NCBI RefSeq assembly: GCF_031769215.1
Contig: NW_026782056.1
Span: 62,001 to 126,000, forward strand
Direction of reading: 5' to 3'
DNA from: Ylistrum balloti
Lineage: Eukaryota
DNA length: 64,000 nucleotides
Shown here: positions 35,044 to 48,797 of the stretch, one piece after another
How positions within the stretch are numbered: the first letter of the stretch is position 1
Layout of the letters: each line of letters begins with the position of its first letter
Translations under genes and position numbers: made by a program
The notes under the pieces: generated by a model
The model's database searches: none
What the model was told of the DNA's origin: nothing
The model's input: only the letters and a program-made list of their open reading frames with translations

Positions 35044-38011
35044 TGAATAGTGTGCGATGTATTTTATACATCAGATATGTTGGTGACGTGTAGATATCGG
35101 ATATTATTGATAAATGTGAGTGATTTGAAGAAAACGTACTTTCGGTATTATTTTCGTTAGAAAATGTTACAACTTTAGGAAGAAGCGATACGTTTTTCAT
35201 TAGTACGCCTTCTTATTTTTCAATGATGCATTACAACACTAAATATTTACTCTATAAATACTGGCCTATAAAGTCACTAATTTAAAATCAGTGCATTGTT
35301 TGTTCTAAGTTGTGAGATAAGGTGATAACTAGCAGAAAAACAAACAAACAAAATAATATATTGGCTGTCTCCTTCCTTGATAAACTTTAATATAAAGACA
35401 TGTTCACTTAAAGGTTGATTTCCAACTAAATTCTTCGTTGAAATCAGATTATTACAACATGCAGCTCTAAACTCTAAATTCTTCACGTTTAAATGTTTCC
35501 AAATCCTGCTGGTTTTACGATTAACAGTGGGGTTTTCTGCTGTACTTGATCTCGTTTTTACCCTCCATCTTCTGATAGGTATAAACTATGTTTTATATGT
35601 TTCCATGGTTATAAGCATTACGCCACATTAATGTATTTACACTTCTGATATCTAGGACGGATTTAATTGGCTATCGGCCAATATCTAAACTAGAAATTTT
35701 CTTTAATTTTCTTGGGTGTTTAGAGCTTTCTGTAATTTCTCAGTAACCCGATTCGGTTGTTGTCCGTAAAGTATGAAATTGTGGAGTGTTTCTTTGTAGT
35801 TGTCATACAGCCTTCGATGCACTCAATTTGCTGGCATATAAACATGATTGTAAACAGCTGCCATGTCATTTTGTCTGACCCGACCATATTCCGGGATGAT
35901 TATAAAAATGAACAACTTGCACTTTTGTGTTTTATAAACATGTGGTCAACATCTGTTGGACAGGAAAGGGAGACGATCGAATATATAAAAAAATCATTTT
36001 TTGTTAATCACGTGTAGGTATAAATTGTCCATTTAGTGAATTGTTGGTTACAATGACACCACATGTATCAACATGACACCAATGTAACAAAACAGACCTA
36101 CTAATTAGGCTTCATTACTCAATTAGGATATTGTTATTTCATATTCCACACCCTGTGATCATGACGTAAACCATCCCACGCGAATCGACTCGGTCGTGAA
36201 AGCTCACGATACATTTTGATAAGATAACACCATGGTTTGAATGAAGGACGAAGGCTGTTTACAATGACTGGTGCCTAGACTGTCAATTAAAATTGTCTGT
36301 AAATGTAATCTTATAATACAATTTGTACAACACTAAATGTTTATTTATATCTGTCTATTAATATCTTAGAGCTATATATAGATATCATCAATCTATGACC
36401 GTTGATTTATGATTTCCACGTGAGAAAAACATTTAAATTAAATGGTGATCCCCTTTAACGAACACAACAAAAACTAGATCTCCCAAACAAAATCTGAGTC
36501 TCAAGTCTCTGTTTTAATTACTGACACAGCAATTGTAAATAATATTTGAACAACGTTTCTACATTTTGAAGTGCAAAGGTTTGTTTCGCCAAATTGTTTA
36601 TAGTCCCTAAATCCAGCATTTCTTGTATAAATACCAAACACACGCGGTTGGCTGTTACGCCCATATTGTTTACATGGATAGATCGTGTGTGTCGCATATC
36701 ATGGAGAAAATGTGTAGTGGTGTCTCTATTTGTGTAAGTTAGAAAACAACCTGTGGTATGTTCTGCTGTTGAAATACTAACCAACCATGGGAGTTTCCAG
36801 CTATTATGAAACACATGTAATGATAGAAGGAAAAAGGCTTGTATTTTTATGATGTATGTTTAACACATTTTGTGTATGGAGGTCAGTATCGTTCAATGAC
36901 CAGATACTCAATAGCATCACAGTTTGAATCAATCGACTTTTGTCCGGGAAATAGGTTTCCATTTAAATTGCCATTATGATTTACGTTTCCAATTTGAACC
37001 AAGCGCCCCGTTTGATAATAAGATAAGATGAAAATGACTATATTTAGAAGTAAAGGCATAAAGAAATCATTTCTAAACTGGGAATCAAAACATATCATTT
37101 CTAGCAAACAGATATGAAGACCAATATAATGAATACAAAAACGACATTACAACGCATACAAAATTGGCCATTTGTTCTACTCTACTTGTTGATTATGCGA
37201 TGACGAAACCCAGCGTCTTTAACATCACGCCATTCGCCGATAATGGAAGCATTTTATGTTTTCAAAAGGTAACCAGTATATTCCTAACCCAAAGGAAATG
37301 TGTCACTGCTTTTTTTTTTTAAAGTTCATATCCATACCACCTGTTCTTATTAAATTTTCTTGTAGAATTACATTCAGTGCTGTTCTTCGTGGGAACTGGA
37401 GTTCGCTGAATGGGAACTGAAATGCTTTGTTATTTAAAACCTATTTATATTTATTTACTGGTCATAACAGGTTAACAGACTTTGTGATAAACTGGATGTT
37501 TATCATAATTGCAAATTCTCTCCCAGCTGTCCTTCCTTTCAGTCTTAATCATTCTAATTATATATACCCCCAGATAATTGATTTCCGTTGTCTTTTTTTA
37601 ATTTTTATTATTTTTTTTTATTTTTACAGAAATCTATTTTCAGATATACTTTATAACACTGCAGGATATTCTGACAATTGTAACACCGTGGATACCGTGA
37701 AAGTTCGGACGGTACACCGTCATTTGTTTTAGTGTACTAGCTAATGTCAAGTTCAACTGGGTAAGCCATCAGTTTAGCTGGCAGGTAAATTATTTCAATT
37801 TCATCGCTGTAATCTTTCTAAACTTTATGACATTAAATTCATGCGCAGGGGCCAAACAACATATCTATTTCTTTAGATAAGTTTTACTATGTCGCTTAGC
37901 AAGGTTTCGGCACAAACAGTCCAAAACAATCAATAATTTGCGCCATTGGTTAATGAAGACTTGTTGTGGTTTATAAAGTGTATGCATTCTTATGAAAATA
38001 TTTCATTGAGT

Positions 38012-38110
38012 GGTCGGGTGGTCTATTGCTAACACGATTCGTGTACTCCGGTTTCCTTCCATTGTAAAACCCTTCCTTTTTAATTCGGACCTAGAGTGAT
38101 TGACAGAAGC
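38012..38110 (+). mobile_element. Internally deleted SINE remnant (A-box head joined to core)
   Basis: GGTCGGGTGGTCTATTGCTAACACG head followed by GTACTCCGGTTTCCTTCCATTGTAAAACCC...AGAGTGATTGA. Confidence 0.55.
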
Positions 38111-39039
38111 ATACAGTGCATAGCTATGGAACTTGTTTCTCAATAGCTGTCAATTGAAATTTGTATTTCTATATATGATGTGCAATTTACGAAGGGAATA
38201 AGACCGAAATCCCTCAGATACCGAAGTTGAATCGGCAATGTTATATTTACAATGATTGAATATACAACTGATTAAACCTAAACCTCAGATGTTTCTTCCC
38301 GTGTGTAAACCCCGTCCCTATCCTCCAGATACCCTCTACCTTCTATTGAATCCTGCGATTTCCTGGTCTTAAATCGATAAACCAACTTTTTCATTGTGAG
38401 AAGCGAAGGAGACAGAGAATAACATTCAGGTTCTGTCCAGTCTGGTCAAGACTATAATTGTGGAATTTTTGAAGAACTGCCTAATAATGATTCAAACCAA
38501 TGGGAAAATTGACATATGAGTAACATAAAATTGATATTTTTCATAATGTACTTGTTATAGTGGTATGTTAAATCAGAAGAACTCCGAGGGATGATTTTGA
38601 TTATAAAAGCTCCTAGAACTAGTCTTGTCTCGAACTTTAATTTGGCTCACTGCTCTTTGCCTCGCTGTCACCGAACAATTACCAACGCTCCTAACCCAAA
38701 TCCTAGTTCTGCTGATGAGATATTCGGCTCAATTACATAACTTGATGACTTGTGCAAGTCTAAAAACTACTTCAGTAGGTGATAGTGTTGACACCAGTAG
38801 TTTTTTTTTTAAATCAAACTGCAGTAATAGGATAACAGAATGTTATTACATATATTTTACAATACCCGGTGTCCGATTTCGTCCTCACGTTATTATAAGT
38901 ATTGTGAGTAACTGTTTTTATTGCCTCAGATGTGATATTACAGTTTCATGTCGCCACATATCTTGTGAAACAAACAGGAGAGAGTCAAAATGTCGTTGAA
39001 ATATCAATTACATATTTGTAAAGGAAATTTAGAAATCAT

Positions 39040-39443
39040 TACCTTTATAATACGTCGAGTGATGTACATGAACCTGAGTTAACATTCCTTTATAACGTCG
39101 AGTGATGTACGTGAACCTGAGTTAATATTCCTTTATAACGTCAAGTGATGTACGTGAACCTGAGTTAATATTCCTTTATAACGCCGAGTGTTGTAGGTGA
39201 ACCTGGGTTAACATTCCTTTATAACGCCGAGTGTTGTACGTGAACCTGAGTTAATATTCCTTTATAACGCCGAGTGTTGTACGTGAACCTGGGTTAACAT
39301 TCCTTTTTAGCGTCGAGTGATGTACGTGAACCTGAGTTGATATTCCTTTATAACGCCGAGTGTTGTAGGTGAAGCTGAGTTAACATTCCTTTATAACGTC
39401 GAGTGATGTAGGTGAAGCTGAGTTAACATTCCTTTATAACGTC
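39040..39443. repeat. 43-bp minisatellite, ~9.5 copies (TAACATTCCTTTATAACGTCGAGTGATGTACGTGAACCTGAGT), unrelated to the 10.5-kb array
   Basis: Period of 43 (39080, 39123...). Confidence 0.96.
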
Positions 39444-39674
39444 AATCATTTGATATTTCCATTGTGTATACTTCCATAATCCCATTCCAAACTAAAAGAA
39501 TGCTTCGTGCTTACCTATGATATCTTCCGTTTCCTATGAAGGTGAAAGGAAGTACAAAGATATTTTTGTTAACTGTAATTAAGTGTTTTTTGTGAGAAAA
39601 TATGTCCAAATAAAAAAAGATTCGATATTTTGAATTCCGATGGAAACAAACTTTTTATACGACGCTTAATTCAT

Positions 39675-40030
39675 TAAAGAGCTTATCAAAGCTGATCATC
39701 AAGAACGACCCTGCGAAATCCTACAATTTCCACTTTCAGATTTGTTGTTGATGTCTTCTCTTTAGATAACAGGGAATTTAATGACTATGTCCATAATATA
39801 TATACCCTGAACTGGTAATCAAGGACACGACAGGCTCTCTTATGTCGATCTTTACATTCAACGAATCAGGAACATTTTTCACCAAACTATATAAGCATGA
39901 CGTTTTCAATTTCCCTATTGTGAATTTCGATTTTTTGAGAGCGAATGCCTTTCATACAAAACCCATGGTGTTTACATGTTACAGATTCGACATTTTTCTA
40001 ATTATCACGATTTTTGTGCATACTTATCTT
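39675..40030 (+). mobile_element. Decayed Penelope-like retroelement reverse transcriptase fragment
   Basis: Across frameshifts it reads AKSYNF/STFRFVVDVFSLDNREFNDYVHNIY/PELVIKDTT...FTKLYKHDVFNFPIVNFDFLRAN/HGVYMLQIR. This matches the PLE RT consensus TFRYIDDVLSLNN...IYPxELxIKDTT...TKLYDKRDDFNFPIVNFPFL...YGVYISQLIR, with the catalytic YIDD degenerated. Confidence 0.85.
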
Positions 40031-43000
40031 TATGGAAAATACGCGATATGATGTTGGTCGATTTTTTTACTCGTTACTAAGCATATCTGTTGGTTCCATC
40101 GATGACTACCATGTTTTCATTTGGGAACAAGACATTACTTACTTTTTTTTTTATTTTTGAGTGTATCACGCTGTGCCTCGTGACTGCTATCGAAGAGAGC
40201 GGTGGCTAATAAACCCATTTACCTGTCCAGTAATCCTTTAAAATTCTTGCAGTTTGCTAGCTTTCAAGAGCGGATACACTGTGTAGTGGAAGGGACTGAC
40301 AAATTGGTTTTATTACAAGAGAAAAGTAGTAACGCTCTCAAACCTCAAACGTTTACTTCATTGCTGGTATCATAATCCGCGTTTTTTTTTTTTTTTTTTT
40401 CCATCGCAATGGAATCCACCGCACATCCTTTCTAAATCGTGAATTAGATAAAGATATATAAAGCGAAATGCAGGATAAGTGTTCTGGAGCGTTTTCCTGT
40501 TGAGTAAGATATTGAATCACTCATAGATCTTGAAATATAGACACCATTCCTATTTCAGGAGAGAAGTTACCACACAAAGAGTTTTAATAACTTTCTGAAA
40601 ATGAAAATTCGCCCCTCCATGGACATTAAAATGGCTCTACGGGAAATTACGGGGGAATGATTTAGTAGACTCTAATGCCACGGTTTTATCTGTGAAAATT
40701 GCAATGATAGCATGTACGGAACACAGCCGCACAACAGTAACACTCAAAAAGAGATACCCGCGGGTCCGGCTCGGCGCCATTATATCTAGCGTGGTGTTCT
40801 CAGACCAGCACGTTGTTAATAACGTGCTACTAAACGAGAGTTATTGTTAAAAATATAAAGAAAATCATAAACGGGGGAAATTTAGTATGTCGTAGATCGA
40901 TACTAAGGCTAAGAGAAATCCGGTACAATGATCGACTAATCCATTTAATGTTATCTTCGTAGAATTAAACTTGCTGCAGCCTTTCAGCTTTTTTTTATAT
41001 GTAACTACCACTAAAAGCTGTAAGACATCCTTCATGGCCTTATCAAAAAATAAGTCGCTTTTCTGATAAAAGCACGCACTTTTCTGTTTAGTTCTCAGCT
41101 ATAAACTGATATATGTTCAATGATTTTTTTACTTTTAAGAAATGTCTGCCTTTCCATTCTCTCTCTTTCGCTTCTTTACGAGTTTACAACAAGAGAAACA
41201 CGTACCAAAGATAATTACAATTCCGCTCCCGCATCCTCTTTATAACTAATTAAACTAAAGTTTAAGGTATATCTTACTGTAATGCCCTGTTTCTTTGTGC
41301 TGTTAATCATTTATAATCCGTCGTTTAAATACATTATATCTTAGTGGCGCCTCAGATAATTACACAGATACCACTGCTTACTCACTTAATTGATTGCCTT
41401 GACACGAAGAAAATTTCTGATATATGGTTCACTATATTTTTTTTTTTCGATTTTATTGAGAAAAGAAACAAATTAAGACTCGCTTTCAATAAAAAAAATC
41501 GTCTTCAATGTTAACATTATAATTCTTATAGCCACAGCTAAATGTAATATGGCGCACTGTGACTGTCCACTGTGGTACAATTGCCCTACCAAAAGTTGCT
41601 GCAGACAATTAGACGTAAGCTTTGGCGTGGGGATTATGACGTCGTTTGTGTAAACTAGGACTTAGAAAAGTCTATCTACATCTAAGTCCATGATGTGAAG
41701 TAGAATAGATCAAATAATTTCATTATCGTTCTATTAATCGAAAACCTGCAGAAAGCGACTTATGAATTTGTTGCCAATAAGTATCACACAAATGGTATTT
41801 CCAACGTTGTATTTTAAAAGTGTCAATAGTATTTTGGCTTCTAATTCGCACTTTGCATACTACTGGAGCCTTATGCGTTCCTGTACAGATTCTAGAATCA
41901 TAACTCAGAAGGAAATATATATATCAATTAGTAAAGATACACGGTTTTACACTTCCACATCAGATGCTTGATGAAGTATTTGTCTGAATTTAACAGAAAC
42001 TGACAGATACTGGACATTCCTATTGTAATCAGTTTTGTTAGTGATAAACAGAATTTCATACATGTGCATTTAATTTGGGAAAATATAGCAGGGTCATATC
42101 AACCAAGTTATATGCAAATTAGCAATGTTTGCAGAAATGCAGTCGTTAGTATGCGTAATTCTATTTGAATTTGCATTTTATAAATATTCATAAAGTCAGC
42201 GATTTCTTTTTTCAAATTTGTTTTAAAATGCTTTGGGGCAATATTTCAACGAGCGTCAGATGGAGAACCTGAAAGGTTCTTGGTCCTCTCTTCACAACTA
42301 CTTTTCTAATAGGAAATCGATACCTCTTGTCTCAACTCATTGAACACATTTCACGAAAACATCCGAAACAGAGATACAATTTTAAAAGAAACAGAATGAA
42401 AATGTTTTGGCCATTGTAGTCTCCTGTAGCCATGATTGGAAAATATTTTCCAGTCATGGATATATTTGGCATGATTTTTTTAAGGCCAAAATGAAACTTT
42501 TATTTCCCTTTATGTAGCTTGAAAAAATTATTTTTCAGCCCCATCTGTAACCGATCTAGGATCGAATTATACCGGAACTAATACGTAATTTCCCCTCAGA
42601 GTTATCACATATTTCAATAATGAGTTATTTCTGACTTTCGTTTTCGATATACTTAACACTATGTCAGAGATTTCGTATCTTAACGATGACCATGCAATAC
42701 TCGTATGTTGCTTCTTGGAAATAACAAACAAAACCAACCAACTTCCTCATGTTACTCCGAGGTATTGAAATCGAAATTACGGCCATCTTTTTCGACAACG
42801 TAATTCGATTCTTCACCAGTAACACAATACCAAATCAAAAAATCGTTCATACTACTTTTATTTACTTAAATGAAACTGCATATCGTTGCAATATTTGGTA
42901 ATTGCACGTATAATTCCCTATTTCCAACCACGAGCCAGTGTTACATTTAAAAAAATAAAATCATTTTGAATTTTGAACATTTGAGCAAGAAGGACAGTGC

Positions 43001-43875
43001 TGTTTGTTTACCGAGACTTTATCATCAACCACCATAAAGACTAGATATATTGCTAAAGTTACTATGTAGCTCTCCGATCACTTGCCATTGTTTGTTGTAG
43101 GTTTCAATTAGTTTCCTCCATAAAGTTGACCGCGGTTTTCAAGGTGAGATTTATGCTATGAAAGTGCAACATTTTAAGTAAATGAAGTAAGCATTGTATT
43201 GTATTCATACGGATCACAAAGCCTACTTTCCTTTAGGTGATACAAATGTATTTGTAGCGAGAACGAAGAGATAGATCTTGCGTTTCGTCTTCCAATGTGC
43301 TGTAGTATAGTACACAACTTAATGTCAATTAGCATTCTTGATACAATGCAAAAATATTGAAATGTTCGCCATCAAGATTCCTGTAATGATGGTGGATACA
43401 GAAGACTGTATGTCACGAGAACGCTTGTCAGGCATGACAAGTCATTAAGTTTACAGTTGTGTGTTGCGTGATCGTCTGTTCAGGATCTGAATGCATCGGG
43501 ACATAGTGGAGCAGTAGGACTTTTGCCATTGATTTATAACATTGAGTGCTCGATTGAAATAGGGAAAAAGTAACGCTCCTGAAACTCTCAATAAATCTTA
43601 TGAAAATAAAGCTGTTACTTTGGAATTTATCAAGAAAATGTATTATTTAAAGAACAGATGTGTTAACACGATACAAATTGACACGACAGATACAGTAATA
43701 CGACAGTTGCTAGGATTACGCTATTAAAGCCATAAATACGGGTTAGAAGTGATTTATATCGGTGAACTGACATGAAATTTACGTCTTCTTGTTCCCACTG
43801 TTGTGAATATAAAAAAACAAAAAATGGTTATTATGTTTTTTCCCAGCCAGACCTTTTAGAAAATGTATTGTCTCC

Positions 43876-44030
43876 TCAGCTTTTCAAATCTGTGGTCATC
43901 TTAATCAGACTTGTAAATCTGTGATCTTCTTATTCACAGTTGTGAATCTGTGGTCTTAGTCAGCATTGTAAATGTGTGGTGTTAGTCAAATTTGTAAATC
44001 ACTTGTCTCTTAATCAGGTTCGTTAAACAT
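43876..44030. repeat. Degenerate ~27-31 bp tandem repeat, ~6 copies (core TTAATCAGACTTGTAAATCTGTGGTC)
   Basis: Recurrent TTGTAAATCTGTGG / CTTAxTCAG words. Confidence 0.7.
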
Positions 44031-44331
44031 GTTGCCTCATCAGTCGAACCTATAGTAGCTTTCCCCTTTTCCAGATCCAGTCAATTGGTTGTCTTCTAAA
44101 ATAGACGTGGTTAAAAACATTTTTTTCCTCAGATAAATATGTTTGCCTAGTTTTCTCCTCCGCTTGGCTAACTCGTTTTCTGCCTAGACAGACATATTTG
44201 CCAAGTTTCTCCTCAGCCAGGCCTCGTTCGGCCACTTACTTTCCGAGATTCACTTGCTGCGCTCGCTGCCAGTCAAATATGGCATGCTAAAATACACCCG
44301 AGTTATAATTTCCCTTGATGTAATTGCCTGT

Positions 44332-44752
44332 CTCCTACTTTGGGCACCCTCTTCGCTGGGTACCCTCTTTTGTGGACAGCCTCTACTGTGGGCACCCTCT
44401 TCTGTGAACACCCTCTTCTGTGGACAGCCTCTTCTGTGGGCACCCTCTTCTGTGGGTAGCCTCTTCTGTGGACAGCCTCTTCTGTGGACAGCCTCTACTG
44501 TGGACAGACTCTTCTGTGGACACCCTCTTCTGTGGGCACCTTCTTCTATGGACAGTCACATCTGTGGATAGACTTTTCTGTGAGCGCCATTTTCTTTGTT
44601 CAGCCTCTCCTGTGAACATTCTCTTCTGTGGGCACCTTCTTCTGTGAACACCCTCTTCTGTGGGCACCTTCTTCTGTGAACACTCTCTTCTGTGGGCACC
44701 TTCTTCTATCGACAGCCTCTTCGGTGGAATGCCTCTTCTGTGGACACTCTTC
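44332..44752. repeat. 16-bp minisatellite, ~26 diverged copies (CTCTTCTGTGGGCACC / CTCTTCTGTGGACAGC)
   Basis: Period of 16; produces five overlapping ORFs on both strands with a 16-aa period. Confidence 0.93.
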
Positions 44753-47700
44753 AAATGACATTTTGCCTTTTAAAAGCAAAACGCTCAACCAATATTTATT
44801 ACACTGCCTATTACAAAAATGGAAGTTGTAGAATGTCCCAGCTCATTTTATAAACTATGTAGTATATCATATACGCCCTGATGTTTGCTTCTCCTCTCTG
44901 AATGTTTTCCCTAGGTTGCTTTTAGTTTAAACAGTATTTTATTTACTTTTACAATAATATTTCACACGCATAATTACATTTGGTATGAGAAACCTGAAAA
45001 TTATATTGATTTCTTTCCAAGATTGTTATTGAAATATAGATATATACATTAACATAAATACTTAGATTGGTTATTTAGTGGTACGAACTGGAGCGATAAA
45101 TTCATGACTTCCGTGCCAGAAAGAGAAATGATACGAATGTCCCTTGGTCTGTACCTGATATATGCTAGAAAGTGCGTGTACTTGTGTACGGTACGTAAGG
45201 CTGTTATTCTCTCAAGACTACTTGAAGTGGAGGATACCTCCAATGAGTGACATATTGACACGATTAAGATGCCTTCTCGTCTAGTCCTTGATAACAGAGT
45301 TATCGTGCGTTAATCAAATGAAAATACCAAATCAAAATGTACTATTGTAGACGATCGTTGATTAAATAAGAAATTCTGAAGCTTTTTGTCATTCTTGTAA
45401 GTACTGAAAAGCATTTCTTATTGTGATACAATAAAAACGTACACAGTATACGAACACGTATACTTTCTCTACATGACTGATAAAGGTTTTTGATACAAGT
45501 CGGCGCATATCTCCGTACTGTAAGGAATGTTTCTTCTGAGAAAAAAAATCCAGTATTTCACATTTTTTCTGGTGAGGACTTTTTTAAACGTTTGACTTTA
45601 GAAAGTAGGTTAAAAGCAAAAACTATATATGTTGCCATACTAGTTTTTTCTATGATAATCAGAAAAATAAGGTAAAAATTCTATATTTTTCACTTGATTA
45701 AACGATCTTTAAACTGCATATCATCCGAAAAATGAAAATGTTCCTTTATTTGACCATCAAGGACTAAACTTCAAAAGAGACTTTATGTTTGGATAGAGAG
45801 ATTTTCGATGATACTTTTAATGATTCAAAAAAAGGTGTCTCCGTGATTTAAGTGTTTCCTTTTCCACCAAGATCAAGTAACAAGCTGAAATATTTTTCCA
45901 ATTCATAAAAATCCGGGAAAATGGTCCATCGATCGTTTCTAAATCCGTCACGTGACGTGTTCACGTGTAGTTAGAAATTTTAAGCAAATTATGATATCAC
46001 TTTATGATTTGACACCACATATCTACGTAATTGTTGACTTAAGTAAATCAATGATAAAGTCTATGCATAGTGTAGATGTTTGTTGTTGGTCCCTGAAAAA
46101 GACATGACAATAAACAATCGGCATCACGCTATATCAGTATGATGTCAGGCCAACAAAGGACTCATGGACTCTCGGTGAGTGTGTAATAAATCAAATCGGC
46201 AAACGAATAATAGGGAGTCATGTTATTTTGATAAAGTTATTGTTCTATTACGGCGCATTTGGAAATCACCCATTGGTAGTCAATCGAGTTACCGCCAAAG
46301 AATGTACCATTGCGCTCTCAGCTGCTTTAAAAATACATTTCGTGGGCTATGTTGACGTCAGCCATGAATATGTATGATGTAGTTTATTCAAAACTGCCAA
46401 GTGATATAGTATTTGTGTACATGAATTATTCAACATCAAACTATTTGGTTTCTGAATAATGTGCTATATAACATGATTTATTTGATAATGTCAATATCGT
46501 AAAGACCAGATTTAAATTCGACTGTAACGTGTCATTATCTACCAGAATATTTAAAGTTTACGTCACGAGTAAATAATTGATCAGGCTTGCTGCTATCTTC
46601 GTATTAAATACAACCTTCAATTTAGGACATACAATTTTACATAGGCTTGAAAGTGATGGATTTAAAAGCCACAAAGTAAATTACACGTATGAAGATGTGA
46701 TTTATGAAATCTATATAACAGACCTGATATCAGCATGTCTTAGATCAAAGAACTAAGGCAGCATTTCTTCTCAATCACAGGACTATTGCATTTTTATATG
46801 GAAATTGTGAAAGGGACTAAACACAGACTTAGATAAGATTCGTTTATCGTGACAAGTTTCTTAGAAATCAATGATGGCTAATGCCCTTATATCTCAATAT
46901 AATGCAGTGCTCAAACAGTAGATCTGTATATTGCTTCTTTGTTCACACACGAAAGCCACGGAGCTGTATGTTGGTGTTCGAATTTAAGTGGAAATTACGT
47001 ATTATAAAACTATTACGTAAGAATGTTTTAACATTACATTGCTCTAAAACACTATCGCATGCTCACAAATGATATTATATTTTTCAGTTTATTTGCAGGT
47101 CAGAAAACATACACTATACATTTGGTACATGTATCAAACATACTGTGCCCAGTTACTTATTCTGGAGGATTTGTCGGTGTATTTAATCGCATACCGTAAA
47201 GAAACCAAATTATTTGCATACAATATAACAGATAAATATTTGTGTTTTCTTTTTTTATTTCCATGTGTTTCTCCACGCATATCTTTACGTCTTTACTATG
47301 ACATATTTGCAGATTTAACATACAATATGCACCTCGTGTATGTTCCTTCTTATGACACATTTGCCGATCTCCTCGTATCAATAACATGATATTTTGTTTC
47401 AAGACAGAGTATAAAAAGGCGTTGTTTGTCGATGTCACTATTTACTGTTATAGTGGAGGTCAGGCAATTGTCCTTTTGACCCCTGCCCATACCAGTTCAG
47501 CAAAATTGCCGGGCTCATGCTAAGTTCAGGATATTTTTAGCGACGAGTAATCAACGTCCCGGTAAATACAATATTTTATAGAAAAATAAATTAGTGCAAT
47601 TTGAAACACCTCGGAAACATGCTGGTTTCGGAATCTACTGTACCAAATGAAGCGTCATTTGATGGATATTGCCATCAGATTATTTAATCAGTATTGCTGT

Positions 47701-47917
47701 AGACTCGGGACATGTCGTCAGACAGAATCAGTCTTTACCGCACTAATGAATCACACACTCTATTTGATTTTAGTATACATTGATGCGATATTTATGTTTG
47801 TAGGCCGCCTTCCAATTACGTAACTTTGATTCCATCTCACAGAAGTACACAATTTCGTGGTGGTTTTTAATTTAAACAAATGAACAGTTAACGTACTAGC
47901 GTTACTTAGAACGACGG

Positions 47918-48249
47918 TAAATTCATTGCCCATGATAGGAATGGGAAATTCAACACGTTTTATGGTTTGAGCACAATTACATGTGTACATTTCATTGTGC
48001 TTGACATTTTTGAAACCCTCCCAAAAAGTTATTTTCATTATACTAGAAAATATGACAGCATCTCCTCTTATTATGTATTCTGTATAATATTACACATGTG
48101 ACTGATATTGTAACGTTTGTCTTTTCTTATTGCTATCATCCTATATATATAAATTCATTGTCCATGATAGGAATGAGAAATTCAACACGTTTTATGGTTT
48201 GAGCACAACTACATGTGTGCATTTCATTGTGCTTGACATTTTTGAAACC

Positions 48250-48252
<3 letters not shown>
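47918..48252. repeat. 103-bp local direct duplication (47918-48020 and 48150-48252)
   Basis: Two gap-free copies differing at only about 4 positions. Confidence 0.95.

Positions 48253-48287
<35 letters not shown>
48253..48287. repeat. (AT)17 microsatellite
   Basis: Read directly. Confidence 0.98.
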
Positions 48288-48289
<2 letters not shown>

Positions 48290-48392
48290 AATCATTTACG
48301 AACGTCATTAATCAGGACATAATACATTCATGCGTTATGACCAATGACAAAACAGTACCGCGCGGTGTCACACCGCGGTATAGTGAAGTTCT

Positions 48393-48557
48393 ATGACAAG
48401 ATATAACCGTCCTGAAACACTTATACCGCAGTCCTGCTCATCGTGACAAGATACAACTGTGCTGAGCCACGTTACGGCATATTGCAGACCTATTCCCCGT
48501 GACAAGATACAACTGTGCTGAGCTATGTGACGGCATATTGCAGACCTATTCCCCGTG
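48393..48557. repeat. 56-bp tandem duplication (48443, 48499) plus a degenerate copy at 48393
   Basis: GTGACAAGATACAACTGTGCTGAGC...GCAGACCTATTCCCC occurs twice. Confidence 0.85.
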
Positions 48558-48797
48558 TCCTGAACCACGTGGCGTTATTTTGCTTTTGTAATATGAGATA
48601 TATCATAGCCAACAAAACACAAAGAATGCTGGACCGACAGCAGGAATCTAATCTTATAGTCTATTTCTGTATACAATATATAATTACAGTAAGACGATAT
48701 TCTATTTTAACGCAATATATACAGAGAAGAACACTACATTGTTCCATTAAACAGAATATATATCATTCAAATCATATACAATTCAGTCTCAAGCAAA

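Noticed and set aside
38625-38999. 124-aa plus ORF starting with a hydrophobic segment
   Set aside because: Non-ATG start, no recognisable domain, and no splice or promoter support.
44010-44050. CTGATGAG...CGAAC on the minus strand (and similar CTGATGA hits at 38716, 53694, 63143) as hammerhead ribozymes
   Set aside because: No valid stem II or GAAA core geometry.
44254-44831. Five overlapping ORFs on both strands
   Set aside because: Products of the 16-bp minisatellite.
45947-45967. GTCACGTGAC (CLEAR/USF E-box) plus a second CACGTG
   Set aside because: An isolated motif with no nearby gene start or other promoter evidence.
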